Of a DNA stretch of 64,000 nt, positions 1 to 8,306 are shown piece by piece; within the stretch, counting starts at the first letter, position 1, and every line of letters begins with the position of its first letter. The notes below the pieces were generated by a model, which was given only the letters and a program-made list of their open reading frames with translations, had not been told where the DNA came from and did no database searches. The translations under genes and the position numbers were made by a program. Source of the DNA: Candidatus Kapaibacterium sp. (GTDB lineage Bacteria > Bacteroidota > Ignavibacteria > Kapaibacteriales > UBA961); the NCBI GenBank assembly GCA_046328995.1, contig JAXLVN010000001.1:39477-103476 (forward strand), written 5' to 3'.

Positions 1-184
1 GTGATGATACGCTCGTCTAGCGGAGAAGATATCGATGCAGCGTGTGGGCAATTGGCGTTTTCAAAAGTAGCCGAACAGCATGCGGCGGCTGTATCACTAT
101 AATTCATCTCCTGCCTATCGAATCGGACTGCTACTCTACACATCTGCGTCAATAATCGTACTCCCACTTATACAGGTGATCTAC

Positions 185-1129
185 ATGAATGTACTTCGCA
201 ATCTGACAGCTATGCTTGCTTTCGTGCTTGTAAGCGTATTTCCCCTCTCAGCGGCACTCGCGTCCGACTCAACGGATGAGGCGTCGATGGTGCAAAAAAT
301 TGAACCTTCCGACACCAAAAAACACTATGTTCGGCTCAAAAACGGGGATATTCTCACCGGATTTGTTCTTGAAATCATTACCGATGAAAAGGAGGGTGCA
401 GGAATAAAGATCAAAACAGCGATTGGTATTGCTACCATATATGCATCCCAGATTGCGGATATCCGCTTGCTTGAAGAGGCGAATCGCCATACGCACAGAG
501 TGTATATTATGCCGACAGCAGAGCCGATTGGTACCAATCATTTTATCAGTAATTTCGAAGGCGTATTTCTGTATGCCGGTGCAGGATGGAAATTCCTGTC
601 GGTGACTGCAGGACGGACATTTGTGCCGACGGTGCCGGGTTCGGAGCAATTCTCCCTGCTGACGGCAAAAGCAACCGTCTATCAGGGTGACAATGACTAT
701 ATGGCAGGGGGTGTATCGATTGCCCTAGGAGGCAGTCTTGGCTTTTTGAATGCAAAAAATGCTTTGCAGCACATTTTTGGCGCGGCGACGTTTACGATGA
801 CGAAGACCAAGCTCACAGGACTCGTTTTCTATAAGGCAGGGGCGCAGGATTTTTTCACGGCGACGGCCGGCACTCTTGGGAGTGTCAATGTCAAGTATCC
901 GAACGGTGCATTCGGGATAGGAATAGGTATCGATACCAAGCTCAGCGAATGGAATGATTTACGATTTATAGCCGAGGGATGGAACAACGACATCGCTGTT
1001 CCCATGAATGCAGCGGCGCTGCTTGGTATTCGCATAGGGAACACCTCAGTTTCCGCTGATTTTGGAATTGCGGTCTTCCCGGCGCCGGCAATCGTACCCT
1101 GTGTAAGCTTCGCATGGACGCCGTTTTAA
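185..1129 (+). CDS. Hypothetical outer-membrane protein (signal peptide, C-terminal Phe, beta-barrel-like)
   Basis: ORF 80..1129; internal Met at 185 gives MNVLRNLTAMLAFVLVSVFPLSAALA signal peptide; Gly/Ala/Thr-rich alternating strands; terminal ...AWTPF typical of OM beta-barrels. No recognisable family. Confidence 0.45.
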   Translation: MNVLRNLTAMLAFVLVSVFPLSAALASDSTDEASMVQKIEPSDTKKHYVRLKNGDILTGFVLEIITDEKEGAGIKIKTAIGIATIYASQIADIRLLEEANRHTHRVYIMPTAEPIGTNHFISNFEGVFLYAGAGWKFLSVTAGRTFVPTVPGSEQFSLLTAKATVYQGDNDYMAGGVSIALGGSLGFLNAKNALQHIFGAATFTMTKTKLTGLVFYKAGAQDFFTATAGTLGSVNVKYPNGAFGIGIGIDTKLSEWNDLRFIAEGWNNDIAVPMNAAALLGIRIGNTSVSADFGIAVFPAPAIVPCVSFAWTPF

Positions 1130-1224
1130 GTCCTGATTTTCGTTCATTATTTCAATAATCTGAAAAAAAGTTTTGGGTAAATAAAGAAAAGAGTGTATTT
1201 TCGCGCTCTCTAAAACGAGAAAAT

Positions 1225-1297
<73 letters not shown>

Positions 1298-1302
1298 CCC
1301 TA

Positions 1303-1340
1303 AAGCGTTTAATACGAAAGTGTTAAACGCTTTTTTTTAT
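1303..1340 (+). terminator. Rho-independent terminator after tRNA-Phe
   Basis: Hairpin agcgtttaa-tacgaaagtg-ttaaacgct followed by tttttttt. Confidence 0.6.
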
Positions 1341-1372
1341 TGGTAAATTCCGTCCTGTCAGTTGTTTCCCAC

Positions 1373-1547
1373 CGACCATCAACCCTTCCCTCCCAAACAC
1401 GCAACAAGCAAGCATAATGCTCCCGCATTTCCTGAGATTTTGTAAATTTTAGTAGGAAAAGGAAGGTAACTCTATCTGAGGTACGGATGTGAACGTTTCA
1501 GCGGCGAGTGCTGGTGTTTGGTTGTAGTTACCGACCGGACGGGGGAA
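1373..1547 (+). repeat. Conserved ~175-bp intergenic element, copy A1 (cassette-boundary repeat)
   Basis: Shares core cgcatttcctgagattttgtaaattNtagtaggaaaaggaaggtaac...ctatctgaggtacgg...cgtttcagcggcgagtgctggtgtttggttgtag with copies at 3822-4011 and 4524-4718, a 5'-truncated copy at 5697-5808 and a degenerate copy at 2430-2640; ends 38 bp upstream of the next ORF. Confidence 0.7.
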
Positions 1548-1584
1548 TAAACATGACATGTACTATTAATTAGGAGCTGATCAA

Positions 1585-2379
1585 ATGGCAACCTTGTGCA
1601 AAAAAATACTCAGTAGTGCGTTGAGTCTGCTTTTTTTCTTTGTCATCTCATGTACTAAAACAGCTCCTCTCAGAATAAAACAGCCACCATCAACATACCG
1701 AACAGATTGGCATAATAGTTATAAAAACTATACAAATTCATTAGAGGATGCTGCTGAATATATGCCCGGAGATGATGGAGGTGCTATAGGTATGAGAATA
1801 GCTGAAAAGTCACAGCAATTGGTTAATTACCAAAAATTGAAAGCATATATAGATACCATATCAACCCTAAATTCTTGTATAGTGAGAATGTTTAATGAAA
1901 ATATGTATTTTACCACTTTCAATGTATCAAAAAAAAAGATACCATTTGATGGAAAAAAATACCATTTATTTGTAGAAGGGGTTGAATATCCCATGGGGTA
2001 TGTAGATACTTCAGATTGCGTTTGGTTTGTGAAAAACGCAGACAACGTTTTACATTGTATTTATCTCTCTTCCAACGGCGAGGTGCAGGATGAAAAATTG
2101 CCTTATGACAATGCTTTGGAAACCTCTTTACATACAATGCAACGTTGGAAGAAGAGTCGCCAAGTGAGCATTCCCTATGAAAAAAAGTATGGTACGATTG
2201 TGAGCTATTGGGATAAAGGAAACTCATATCATGTATTTTTTCCGTGGATGTGGAATGCTGCTGATTGTGAAAATGGGTGGAAATGTGCAACAAAAGATAC
2301 TTCTGTAAATAATCTGCATTCAGCTATAATGAAATTTCTTTGCATGGCAAAACAAAAGGGTATCGTGGAATCTCAATAG
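1585..2379 (+). CDS. Hypothetical lipoprotein (AT-rich cassette ORF 1)
   Basis: 264-aa ORF with aggag RBS; N-terminus MATLCKKILSSALSLLFFFVISC (lipobox-like ISC); low GC relative to flanks; no recognisable domain. Confidence 0.55.
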   Translation: MATLCKKILSSALSLLFFFVISCTKTAPLRIKQPPSTYRTDWHNSYKNYTNSLEDAAEYMPGDDGGAIGMRIAEKSQQLVNYQKLKAYIDTISTLNSCIVRMFNENMYFTTFNVSKKKIPFDGKKYHLFVEGVEYPMGYVDTSDCVWFVKNADNVLHCIYLSSNGEVQDEKLPYDNALETSLHTMQRWKKSRQVSIPYEKKYGTIVSYWDKGNSYHVFFPWMWNAADCENGWKCATKDTSVNNLHSAIMKFLCMAKQKGIVESQ

Positions 2380-2429
2380 AGAAGGATACAAAAAAATTAG
2401 GACCGTGCATTTCCAGACCGGGCAGTACT

Positions 2430-2640
2430 TTGAGCTGCCCGTCAACACGTACCGCAGAAACGCACTGCACGAAAACATCATCCACCGCTTGCCGCTGAGA
2501 AGCAATAGTATATGGATACGATTTTGTAACTTGTAACCGGTGTAGGAAGTAAATACGTATCCGCAGTTCTGCTGCCCTTGACGTTTCCATAGGCTAGTGT
2601 TGACGGACAGTTGGAAACAACCGACTGGACGGAACCCATA
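2430..2640 (+). repeat. Degenerate copy of the A element (A1')
   Basis: Segments taccgcagaaacgcactgcacgaaaacatcatccaccgcttgccgctgagaagc and gattttgtaacttgtaaccggtgtaggaagtaaa...ggacagttggaaacaaccgactggacgg align with the A-element 5' region and core; ends 14 bp before ORF 2654. Confidence 0.45.
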
Positions 2641-2653
2641 ACCATTATGTAAT

Positions 2654-3202
2654 ATGAAATTTATAGTACTTACATTACTAAGCATTTGTGTTATTACTCA
2701 AGATATAACGCTTCAGTTTTATGAGTATGTGTTAAATGATACCATAAACAGTAGCTTTCTAGTTATTGATATAAAACAAAAATCAATTACTAAAAAAGCA
2801 ATTATCGAAAACACGTACTTAACTCAATATTTTACACTTGCTTTGTCCGATACGTTCAATCGAAAAAGCTATATGAGTATGATGAAAAATAATTTGATTC
2901 ATCATATACCGATTGAGATAAACGATTCCATACTGAAAAATCATCCTGAAATTGTATTTAGTGACATTACACCAACAGAAACTGTGACCGCAAACTCATT
3001 GAAAGGAGTTGATGCCTTTTTAGATATTTATTTCAACAAAAACCGAACGCTGAAATCAAGTAGCTATGGTAGCCAAGTACCTGCTATTATTCAAAAGCTA
3101 TTTGAATGGGGAATAACTACCTATCGTGACCACGAAACACAATTACTATGTTATCATACATTCAAGCCGTTGAAGTATCAACCAAGAACAGGACTGGAAT
3201 AA
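2654..3202 (+). CDS. Hypothetical secreted protein (cassette ORF 2)
   Basis: 182 aa, hydrophobic N-terminus MKFIVLTLLSICVITQ; AT-rich; no recognisable domain. Confidence 0.5.
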   Translation: MKFIVLTLLSICVITQDITLQFYEYVLNDTINSSFLVIDIKQKSITKKAIIENTYLTQYFTLALSDTFNRKSYMSMMKNNLIHHIPIEINDSILKNHPEIVFSDITPTETVTANSLKGVDAFLDIYFNKNRTLKSSSYGSQVPAIIQKLFEWGITTYRDHETQLLCYHTFKPLKYQPRTGLE

Positions 3203-3221
3203 ATCTTATACCCTAAAATAT

Positions 3222-3725
3222 ATGAAACCCTTCATTTATCTATATTCATACATAGCATTTACGGCGTTTTTTATCACTGCTTGCGAGAATAAAACCGAAA
3301 AGGTACCTATTAACCAGAAATCAGAGGTGCTCTTGGGTCACTATGGGGATACGATACAGCTTCGCAGTCCACTTGACAGCTTATTATTGGAATTTGTGGA
3401 ACAAAATCATCTGAATAATATCCATGGTCAACTATATATTAACAAAGTATATCAAGATACCACAGTTATTACCATTGTCTCAAGACAATATATTATTTCT
3501 GAAAGTTCATACGCAGAGCATATATTTGCACATCCATTATTTTATGTAAAAATTAAGAATTGTGTTTTTGATGTTTATACGGGTATTGAAGATGAATTTG
3601 ATTCAAAATTTATATATCCTACGTATGTTCGAGATACTTCAAATTTCATTGTTTGGAGAGTTGATCAGGTCAACGGTCATTTAAAAAGGAATAGAGTAGA
3701 TGATGATATTCCATTCTTTCGTTAG
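3222..3725 (+). CDS. Hypothetical lipoprotein (cassette ORF 3)
   Basis: 167 aa; MKPFIYLYSYIAFTAFFITACENK lipobox-like ITAC; 19-bp gap after ORF2 with no repeat element between them. Confidence 0.5.
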   Translation: MKPFIYLYSYIAFTAFFITACENKTEKVPINQKSEVLLGHYGDTIQLRSPLDSLLLEFVEQNHLNNIHGQLYINKVYQDTTVITIVSRQYIISESSYAEHIFAHPLFYVKIKNCVFDVYTGIEDEFDSKFIYPTYVRDTSNFIVWRVDQVNGHLKRNRVDDDIPFFR

Positions 3726-3821
3726 TGATATTTTGATCTACCTCCAGAATTAGTGGACACTTAGGAAAAGCATTATAGCAAGTATTATCCTATTCAACTT
3801 CTTGACAGCTCAGGTGATTTA

Positions 3822-4011
3822 CCTGACCATCGACACTTCCCGCCGAAACACACTGCAAGCAAGCATCATCCACTGCTAGCAAGTGTAACGCTCCCGCATT
3901 TCCTGAGATTTTGTAAATTGTAGTAGGAAAAGGAAGGTAACCCTATCTGAGGTACGGATGTGCATACGTTTCAGCGGCGAGTGCTGGTGTTTGATTGTAG
4001 AAAGCGTACGG
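3822..4011 (+). repeat. Conserved intergenic element, copy A2
   Basis: Near-identical core to A1/A3 (…cgcatttcctgagattttgtaaattgtagtaggaaaaggaaggtaaccctatctgaggtacggatgtgcatacgtttcagcggcgagtgctggtgtttgattgtagaaagcgtacggac). Confidence 0.7.
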
Positions 4012-4079
4012 ACAAGTATTATTTCAGCTTGTAAATTTAAAACACGTCAACTACAAGATGTTTTAACTAAGAAATTTTT

Positions 4080-4397
4080 ATGGTAAATGATATAAAGTTG
4101 ATGGATAAAATCCAATTACAGAAGTATATTTTTCTTCTTGAGTTGTTAATCACAAAGAAAATTGAAACTGATACTTTTGAGAAATATTTCCTGCAAACTA
4201 GAAGACTTGATAGTTATTGGTTAACCGGTTCTTTTGATCCAATAATAGAAAGAGTTCTGAATACATTTTTTTTAGATGTTGACGAGTACAATCCAGAAAA
4301 TCTATATGATCCAAATGATCAGTATAATATTAATGAAAATGAACTTCTAAAACGTGCAGCAATAGTATTTGTGAAGTTGAAAGATATGATAGGTTAA
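4080..4397 (+). CDS. Hypothetical cytoplasmic protein (cassette ORF 4)
   Basis: 105 aa, no signal peptide, acidic; AT-rich; resembles small immunity-type proteins only by size and context. Confidence 0.45.
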   Translation: MVNDIKLMDKIQLQKYIFLLELLITKKIETDTFEKYFLQTRRLDSYWLTGSFDPIIERVLNTFFLDVDEYNPENLYDPNDQYNINENELLKRAAIVFVKLKDMIG

Positions 4398-4523
4398 AGT
4401 TGGAAATTGAATGTTTTTCCTCTGAACCGTCCGAATAGTGCATTGTGTGATAAAGAAATATCATGCTTCCGTCAGCGGAGAGATCGAACAAAAAGGAGCA
4501 TATTATTTCCTTCCGGTTGGATG

Positions 4524-4718
4524 TTCCCCACCTATCATCATACTACCCGCCGAAACGCTCTACAAACAAGCATCATCCACTGCTTACAACTATAACGCTT
4601 CCGCATTTCCTGAGATTTTGTAAATTGTAGTAGGAAAAGAAAGGTAACCCTATCTGAGGTACGGTGTGCATACGTTTCAGCGGCGAGTGCTGGTGTTTGG
4701 TTGTAGTTACCGACCGGC
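4524..4718 (+). repeat. Conserved intergenic element, copy A3
   Basis: ...cccgccgaaacgctctacaaacaagcatcatccactgcttacaac...cgcatttcctgagattttgtaaattgtagtaggaaaagaaaggtaaccctatctgaggtacggtgtgcatacgtttcagcggcgagtgctggtgtttggttgtagttaccgaccggccagg; 3' end matches A1. Confidence 0.7.
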
Positions 4719-4732
4719 CAGGAAATCTTATT

Positions 4733-4894
4733 GAAGTTGTTTAGGATTATTTTTAGAGCCGATTTTTGGGGTAGAAAACATGCTGACTATGACCGGTATG
4801 CTGTATTTCCAAATGAAAAACAGGCGTCTTAGCCGCCCTCAACTATGGAGGTAAAGCAATGTTTCGCTCTCCGTTGAAAATACTAAACAACTTC
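4733..4894 (+). mobile_element. MITE-like 162-bp element with ~14-bp terminal inverted repeats, copy B1
   Basis: Starts gaagttgtttagga, ends tactaaacaacttc (inverted repeat); almost identical (3 mismatches) to copy at 5356-5517; no coding capacity of its own. Confidence 0.5.
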
Positions 4895-4922
4895 ATTGAT
4901 TATTTAACTTCGCCAATTGATA

Positions 4923-5357
4923 ATGAACGAAAAAAAATCCCAAAAATCGTATATGGAAAAAATCTCTTGGTATTGGAATTTGATTCACTTCTTATTCTTT
5001 AAAATTGATATTTATGCAGCAAAAGTGATAACCAGCCCTATACGATGGTTAGGCAACGCAATAATAAATACAGAACCTTTTAAAAAAAGATTAGAGAAAA
5101 ATGGATCATCGCCGGAAGAATTTACTAAGCAACTTCGTAGTCAAAACGACAACCCAAAGACTAGTAATAGCATTTATATTGCTGGAGGAGTTACAGGAAG
5201 TTTGATTGGATTTACGATTTTTAGCCTTTTTAATTTATTACAGATAATTATCGATGTAAATTTTTTCAAATATATAGTAAATAACGAAATGTACTGGCTC
5301 GTAACTATTTTTGCTTTGACTATACCACCATTGCTTTTCAACCATTCTATTTTATGA
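4923..5357 (+). CDS. Hypothetical membrane protein (cassette ORF 5)
   Basis: ORF track uses TTG at 4917; ATG at 4923 (MNEKKSQKS...); two predicted TM segments (LIGFTIFSLFNLLQIIIDV, WLVTIFALTIPPLLF); flanked by B1 and B2 elements. Confidence 0.45.
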   Translation: MNEKKSQKSYMEKISWYWNLIHFLFFKIDIYAAKVITSPIRWLGNAIINTEPFKKRLEKNGSSPEEFTKQLRSQNDNPKTSNSIYIAGGVTGSLIGFTIFSLFNLLQIIIDVNFFKYIVNNEMYWLVTIFALTIPPLLFNHSIL

Positions 5358-5517
5358 AGTTGTTTAGGATTATTTTTAGAGCCGATTTTTGGGGTAGAAA
5401 ACATGCTGACTATGACCGGTATGCTGTATTTCCAAACGAAAAACAGGCGTCTTAGCCGCCCTCAACTATGGAAGTAAAGCAATGTTTCGCTCTCCGTTGA
5501 AAATCCTAAACAACTTC
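5356..5517 (+). mobile_element. MITE-like 162-bp element, copy B2
   Basis: gaagttgtttagga...tcctaaacaacttc with perfect 14-bp TIR; begins at the stop codon of ORF 4923-5357. Confidence 0.5.
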
Positions 5518-5696
5518 TATATAAAAATGATAAATATTTACAATATTTCAAGAAGTTTAATAAAATGTCAAAAGAGCAGAGAAAGAGGGATTACTGGATA
5601 TCGTTTATCATCGTATTTTCTATGGTAATTTTCATACTGGGCAGTTTCATACTTTATATTCAAGTAAAGCCGGGGTTTAACTAAAAGAATTTTCCC

Positions 5697-5808
5697 TGTT
5701 GTAGTAGGAAAATGGAAGTAAACCCTATCAGAAGCATGAACGTGCATATATTTCAGCAGCAGGTGTTGGCGATTGATTGTAGAAAGCGTACGGACGGGGA
5801 AATAGAAA
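5697..5808 (+). repeat. 5'-truncated, diverged copy of the A element (A4)
   Basis: ttgtagtaggaaaatggaagtaaaccctatcagaagcatgaacgtgcatatatttcagcagcaggtgttggcgattgattgtagaaagcgtacggacgggg aligns to the A core 3' half; 3' end matches A2. Confidence 0.55.
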
Positions 5809-5993
5809 ATTAGAACCGAAAATTATACGTTCCGATATTTCTCAAAACTGCCTTAAAATCCTACCAGGTAGTATGATTGTACATTGCTTTCGATCGCTCT
5901 GTAATTATCCAATAGCGTTTTCTTGGAAAGTGGTACACGCTGATTTGTTGTTGTTTCTGTGCAGATATTCTTATTTTTATCGCTAACAATACA

Positions 5994-7187
5994 GTGGATA
6001 TGACCATGAAATTTCTACTAGTTATACTCTTTACTTTTGTTCTTTCGAATTGTGCTTTTGGGCAACTTCAGCCCTATATGCTCAGTGCGCAAATTGATAG
6101 CCTGCTCCGTGTGGATACCACAGGTTGGAAACACCAAACTGCCGCCGTGAACTACTCAATGATTGGAGCATATATGCAGTCCCTACAAGCCAGGGACAGG
6201 GAATTCCCGAATGCTCGGGGTGCTGAACCAACTCACGAACAACACATGCAGTTCAGTCAATTCACGCCGGTGGATGCGAGAAAGGCAATACTGGAAGAAG
6301 CCACCAAAACGCGCGTACTGATCCTTAATGAAGCGCATCATAACAGTTTGCATCGGATTTTCCTGGCTGACCTCTTACCCGATCTCCATAAACTTGGCTA
6401 TACGTTTATCGGGATGGAAGCGCTCAGTGCTGCCGATACACAATTGCATCGCCGCAAATATCCGGTCATTCAAAGCGGCTATTATACGAAAGAACCGTGT
6501 TTTGGGAATCTTATCAGAGAAGCGCTGGATATTGGATATACGGTGTTTCCGTACGAACAGGATGTTGCCGACAGTGCTCAGGTAAAAGCAGGACGTGAAA
6601 AGGCACAAGCGCTAAACATTGCAACAATCATCAATCGTCATCCGAAGGCAAAAGTACTTCTCTATTGCGGATATGACCACGCTGCAGAAGATACTTTACG
6701 GAATTTCATGGGGTTACCTATGGCAGGGCAACTCAAACTTCTCACCGGAATTGACCCATTTACCATCGACCAAACGGCACTCACCGAATATGTTGTCGTT
6801 GGCAACAGATACCGAAAATTAATACAGGAACGCCATGATGCGGTGTTTGTTGACTCTCAACGACAGTATTTCAACAAAGCTACCTTGCCGAAGAGAATGG
6901 ACTGTAATCTGTACCACCCGAACACAGAATATGAGTATGGCAGACCCACATGGTTGAAAAGAAAAAACACCACATTCGTCCTGCTTCAGGATAAGGTGAA
7001 AATCGACTATCCCTGCCTTATCAAAATATATTTAGCGACCGATGACAAAAGCACTGCCGTACCGATTGACGTGGTGGAAGTCAAATCCGCGAATGAAAAA
7101 GTAGCTTCTGTCATTCTCAAGCGTAGAAAGCACGTAGCAGTCGTCGTCAACGGCAAAGGTGAACAACAAGAATTTCCTGTCAGATAG
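5994..7187 (+). CDS. Hypothetical lipoprotein, possibly ChaN/Tiki-superfamily-like
   Basis: MDMTMKFLLVILFTFVLSNCAFG lipoprotein signal; motifs LILNEAHHNSLHR and LLYCGYDHAAE reminiscent of GExHD-type ChaN/Tiki proteins; family call by eye only. Confidence 0.4.
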   Translation: MDMTMKFLLVILFTFVLSNCAFGQLQPYMLSAQIDSLLRVDTTGWKHQTAAVNYSMIGAYMQSLQARDREFPNARGAEPTHEQHMQFSQFTPVDARKAILEEATKTRVLILNEAHHNSLHRIFLADLLPDLHKLGYTFIGMEALSAADTQLHRRKYPVIQSGYYTKEPCFGNLIREALDIGYTVFPYEQDVADSAQVKAGREKAQALNIATIINRHPKAKVLLYCGYDHAAEDTLRNFMGLPMAGQLKLLTGIDPFTIDQTALTEYVVVGNRYRKLIQERHDAVFVDSQRQYFNKATLPKRMDCNLYHPNTEYEYGRPTWLKRKNTTFVLLQDKVKIDYPCLIKIYLATDDKSTAVPIDVVEVKSANEKVASVILKRRKHVAVVVNGKGEQQEFPVR

Positions 7188-7331
7188 CGTGCATGAGACT
7201 ATCGGAATTGCCGGTGTGTTCGGATGCAGGGAGATATCATTTGCACGCCTAGCTGTTATACTGAATTTGTTCCCATAAATTTCAATTGTGTGTCTATTTT
7301 GATGCAGTAACGCTTTCCTTTTACCCATAGC

Positions 7332-7362
7332 TTTGGAAAAGAATGAAATTATAGTATATTTG
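7332..7362 (+). promoter_or_regulatory. Bacteroidetes-type sigma-A promoter motif (TTTG -33 / TAtaTTTG -7)
   Basis: TTTG at 7332-7335 and TATATTTG at 7355-7362 with 19-bp spacing, ~55 bp upstream of the 7416 start. Confidence 0.4.
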
Positions 7363-7415
7363 TCGTGTTGAATAACTGTTTTCGCTCTATGTTCAATATT
7401 TCCAGGATGTTCACT

Positions 7416-8291
7416 ATGAGAACTCTTCTCCTTATTCTCGCCGTATGCACTCTATTTTCCGGCAAGCTCGTCGCTCAATCCTACCTTTCTCCGCGTGTCG
7501 GTAATGACATTGACCGCATCGAAAAAGAATATTTTGGACTCTTTCCCACAATTAATGGGTTCGTTTCGGCGAAAGCTGTGTCGAAGTCCGAACAATTTAC
7601 GACCCTTACCATTACCACTCACTTCGAGGGGCGCAGAAAAGATACATCCTTGCTCATTGATGCCGGCACAATCGCTAAACTCGCGAAGTATTTCGACAGC
7701 TATGAAACGGTGAGAATGAAGGAAAACACCGTCAACTGGTCTGTTTTTAAAGGAATTGCTGCGGAATCACCGGCGATTAACGATCCATTCCATGAACCCA
7801 TGGAGACGACCATTGAAAGTCTCGACGGAACGAGTATTACGGGTACATTGCTGTGGGCTGAGGACAGTTCGCTTGTATTATGGAAAAGCGAAGAACCCTA
7901 CAATTGGCGAACTCTGGCGCAGAATGCAGGTCCGGTACGTGTCGAGCAGATGAAGCATATTCGCCTCGAGCGTCAGGGTGGATTCACGAGTGGTGCAAAG
8001 ATTGGTGCGTATGCGGGAATTGCGCTTTATATTGTGGGTTTAGGATTGAATTATGAAGATATAAAAATACGAAATTTAGAAAATGTAGCAGGTTATATGT
8101 TCGGAGGTGCTATCCTCACTGCGTGCAGTGCTGTCGCAGGTGGTATTATCGGGTCTATTATTCAGCAGGATTTTCATGCTGATGTCAACGGGAGTATGGA
8201 GAACTATCTACCTCTTGTAGATACCCTTTCCAAATCCTCTGTGATTGAGTCCTATCCGCCGCCGGAATTGGTGCGATTAATTAATAAATAG
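7416..8291 (+). CDS. Hypothetical secreted/membrane protein
   Basis: Internal start MRTLLLILAVCTLFSGKLVAQ (signal peptide); C-terminal Gly-zipper-like TM segments (IGAYAGIALYIVGLGL, GGAILTACSAVAGGIIGSII). Confidence 0.5.
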   Translation: MRTLLLILAVCTLFSGKLVAQSYLSPRVGNDIDRIEKEYFGLFPTINGFVSAKAVSKSEQFTTLTITTHFEGRRKDTSLLIDAGTIAKLAKYFDSYETVRMKENTVNWSVFKGIAAESPAINDPFHEPMETTIESLDGTSITGTLLWAEDSSLVLWKSEEPYNWRTLAQNAGPVRVEQMKHIRLERQGGFTSGAKIGAYAGIALYIVGLGLNYEDIKIRNLENVAGYMFGGAILTACSAVAGGIIGSIIQQDFHADVNGSMENYLPLVDTLSKSSVIESYPPPELVRLINK

Positions 8292-8306
8292 CGAAGGAGA
8301 AAGGAA

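Noticed and set aside
80-184. Upstream-extended starts proposed by the ORF track (80, 7365, 10573, 16052, 18890, 36337, 37526, 57424, 57503, 60840)
   Set aside because: Internal Met codons give canonical signal peptides or family-typical N-termini and remove gene overlaps (e.g. 36166 vs 36177; 18773 vs 18847), so the shorter models were preferred.
1373-5808. Possibility that the repeated ~175-bp elements form a CRISPR array
   Set aside because: Repeats are far longer than CRISPR repeats (~175 vs 24-48 bp), 'spacers' are 0.3-1.5 kb and contain ORFs with RBS/signal peptides, and no cas genes are present.
1298-6000. Classical integrase-bearing genomic island or prophage at tRNA-Phe
   Set aside because: No integrase, no phage structural genes, and no obvious direct repeat of the tRNA 3' end at the distal boundary were found in the window; only the cassette array is supported.
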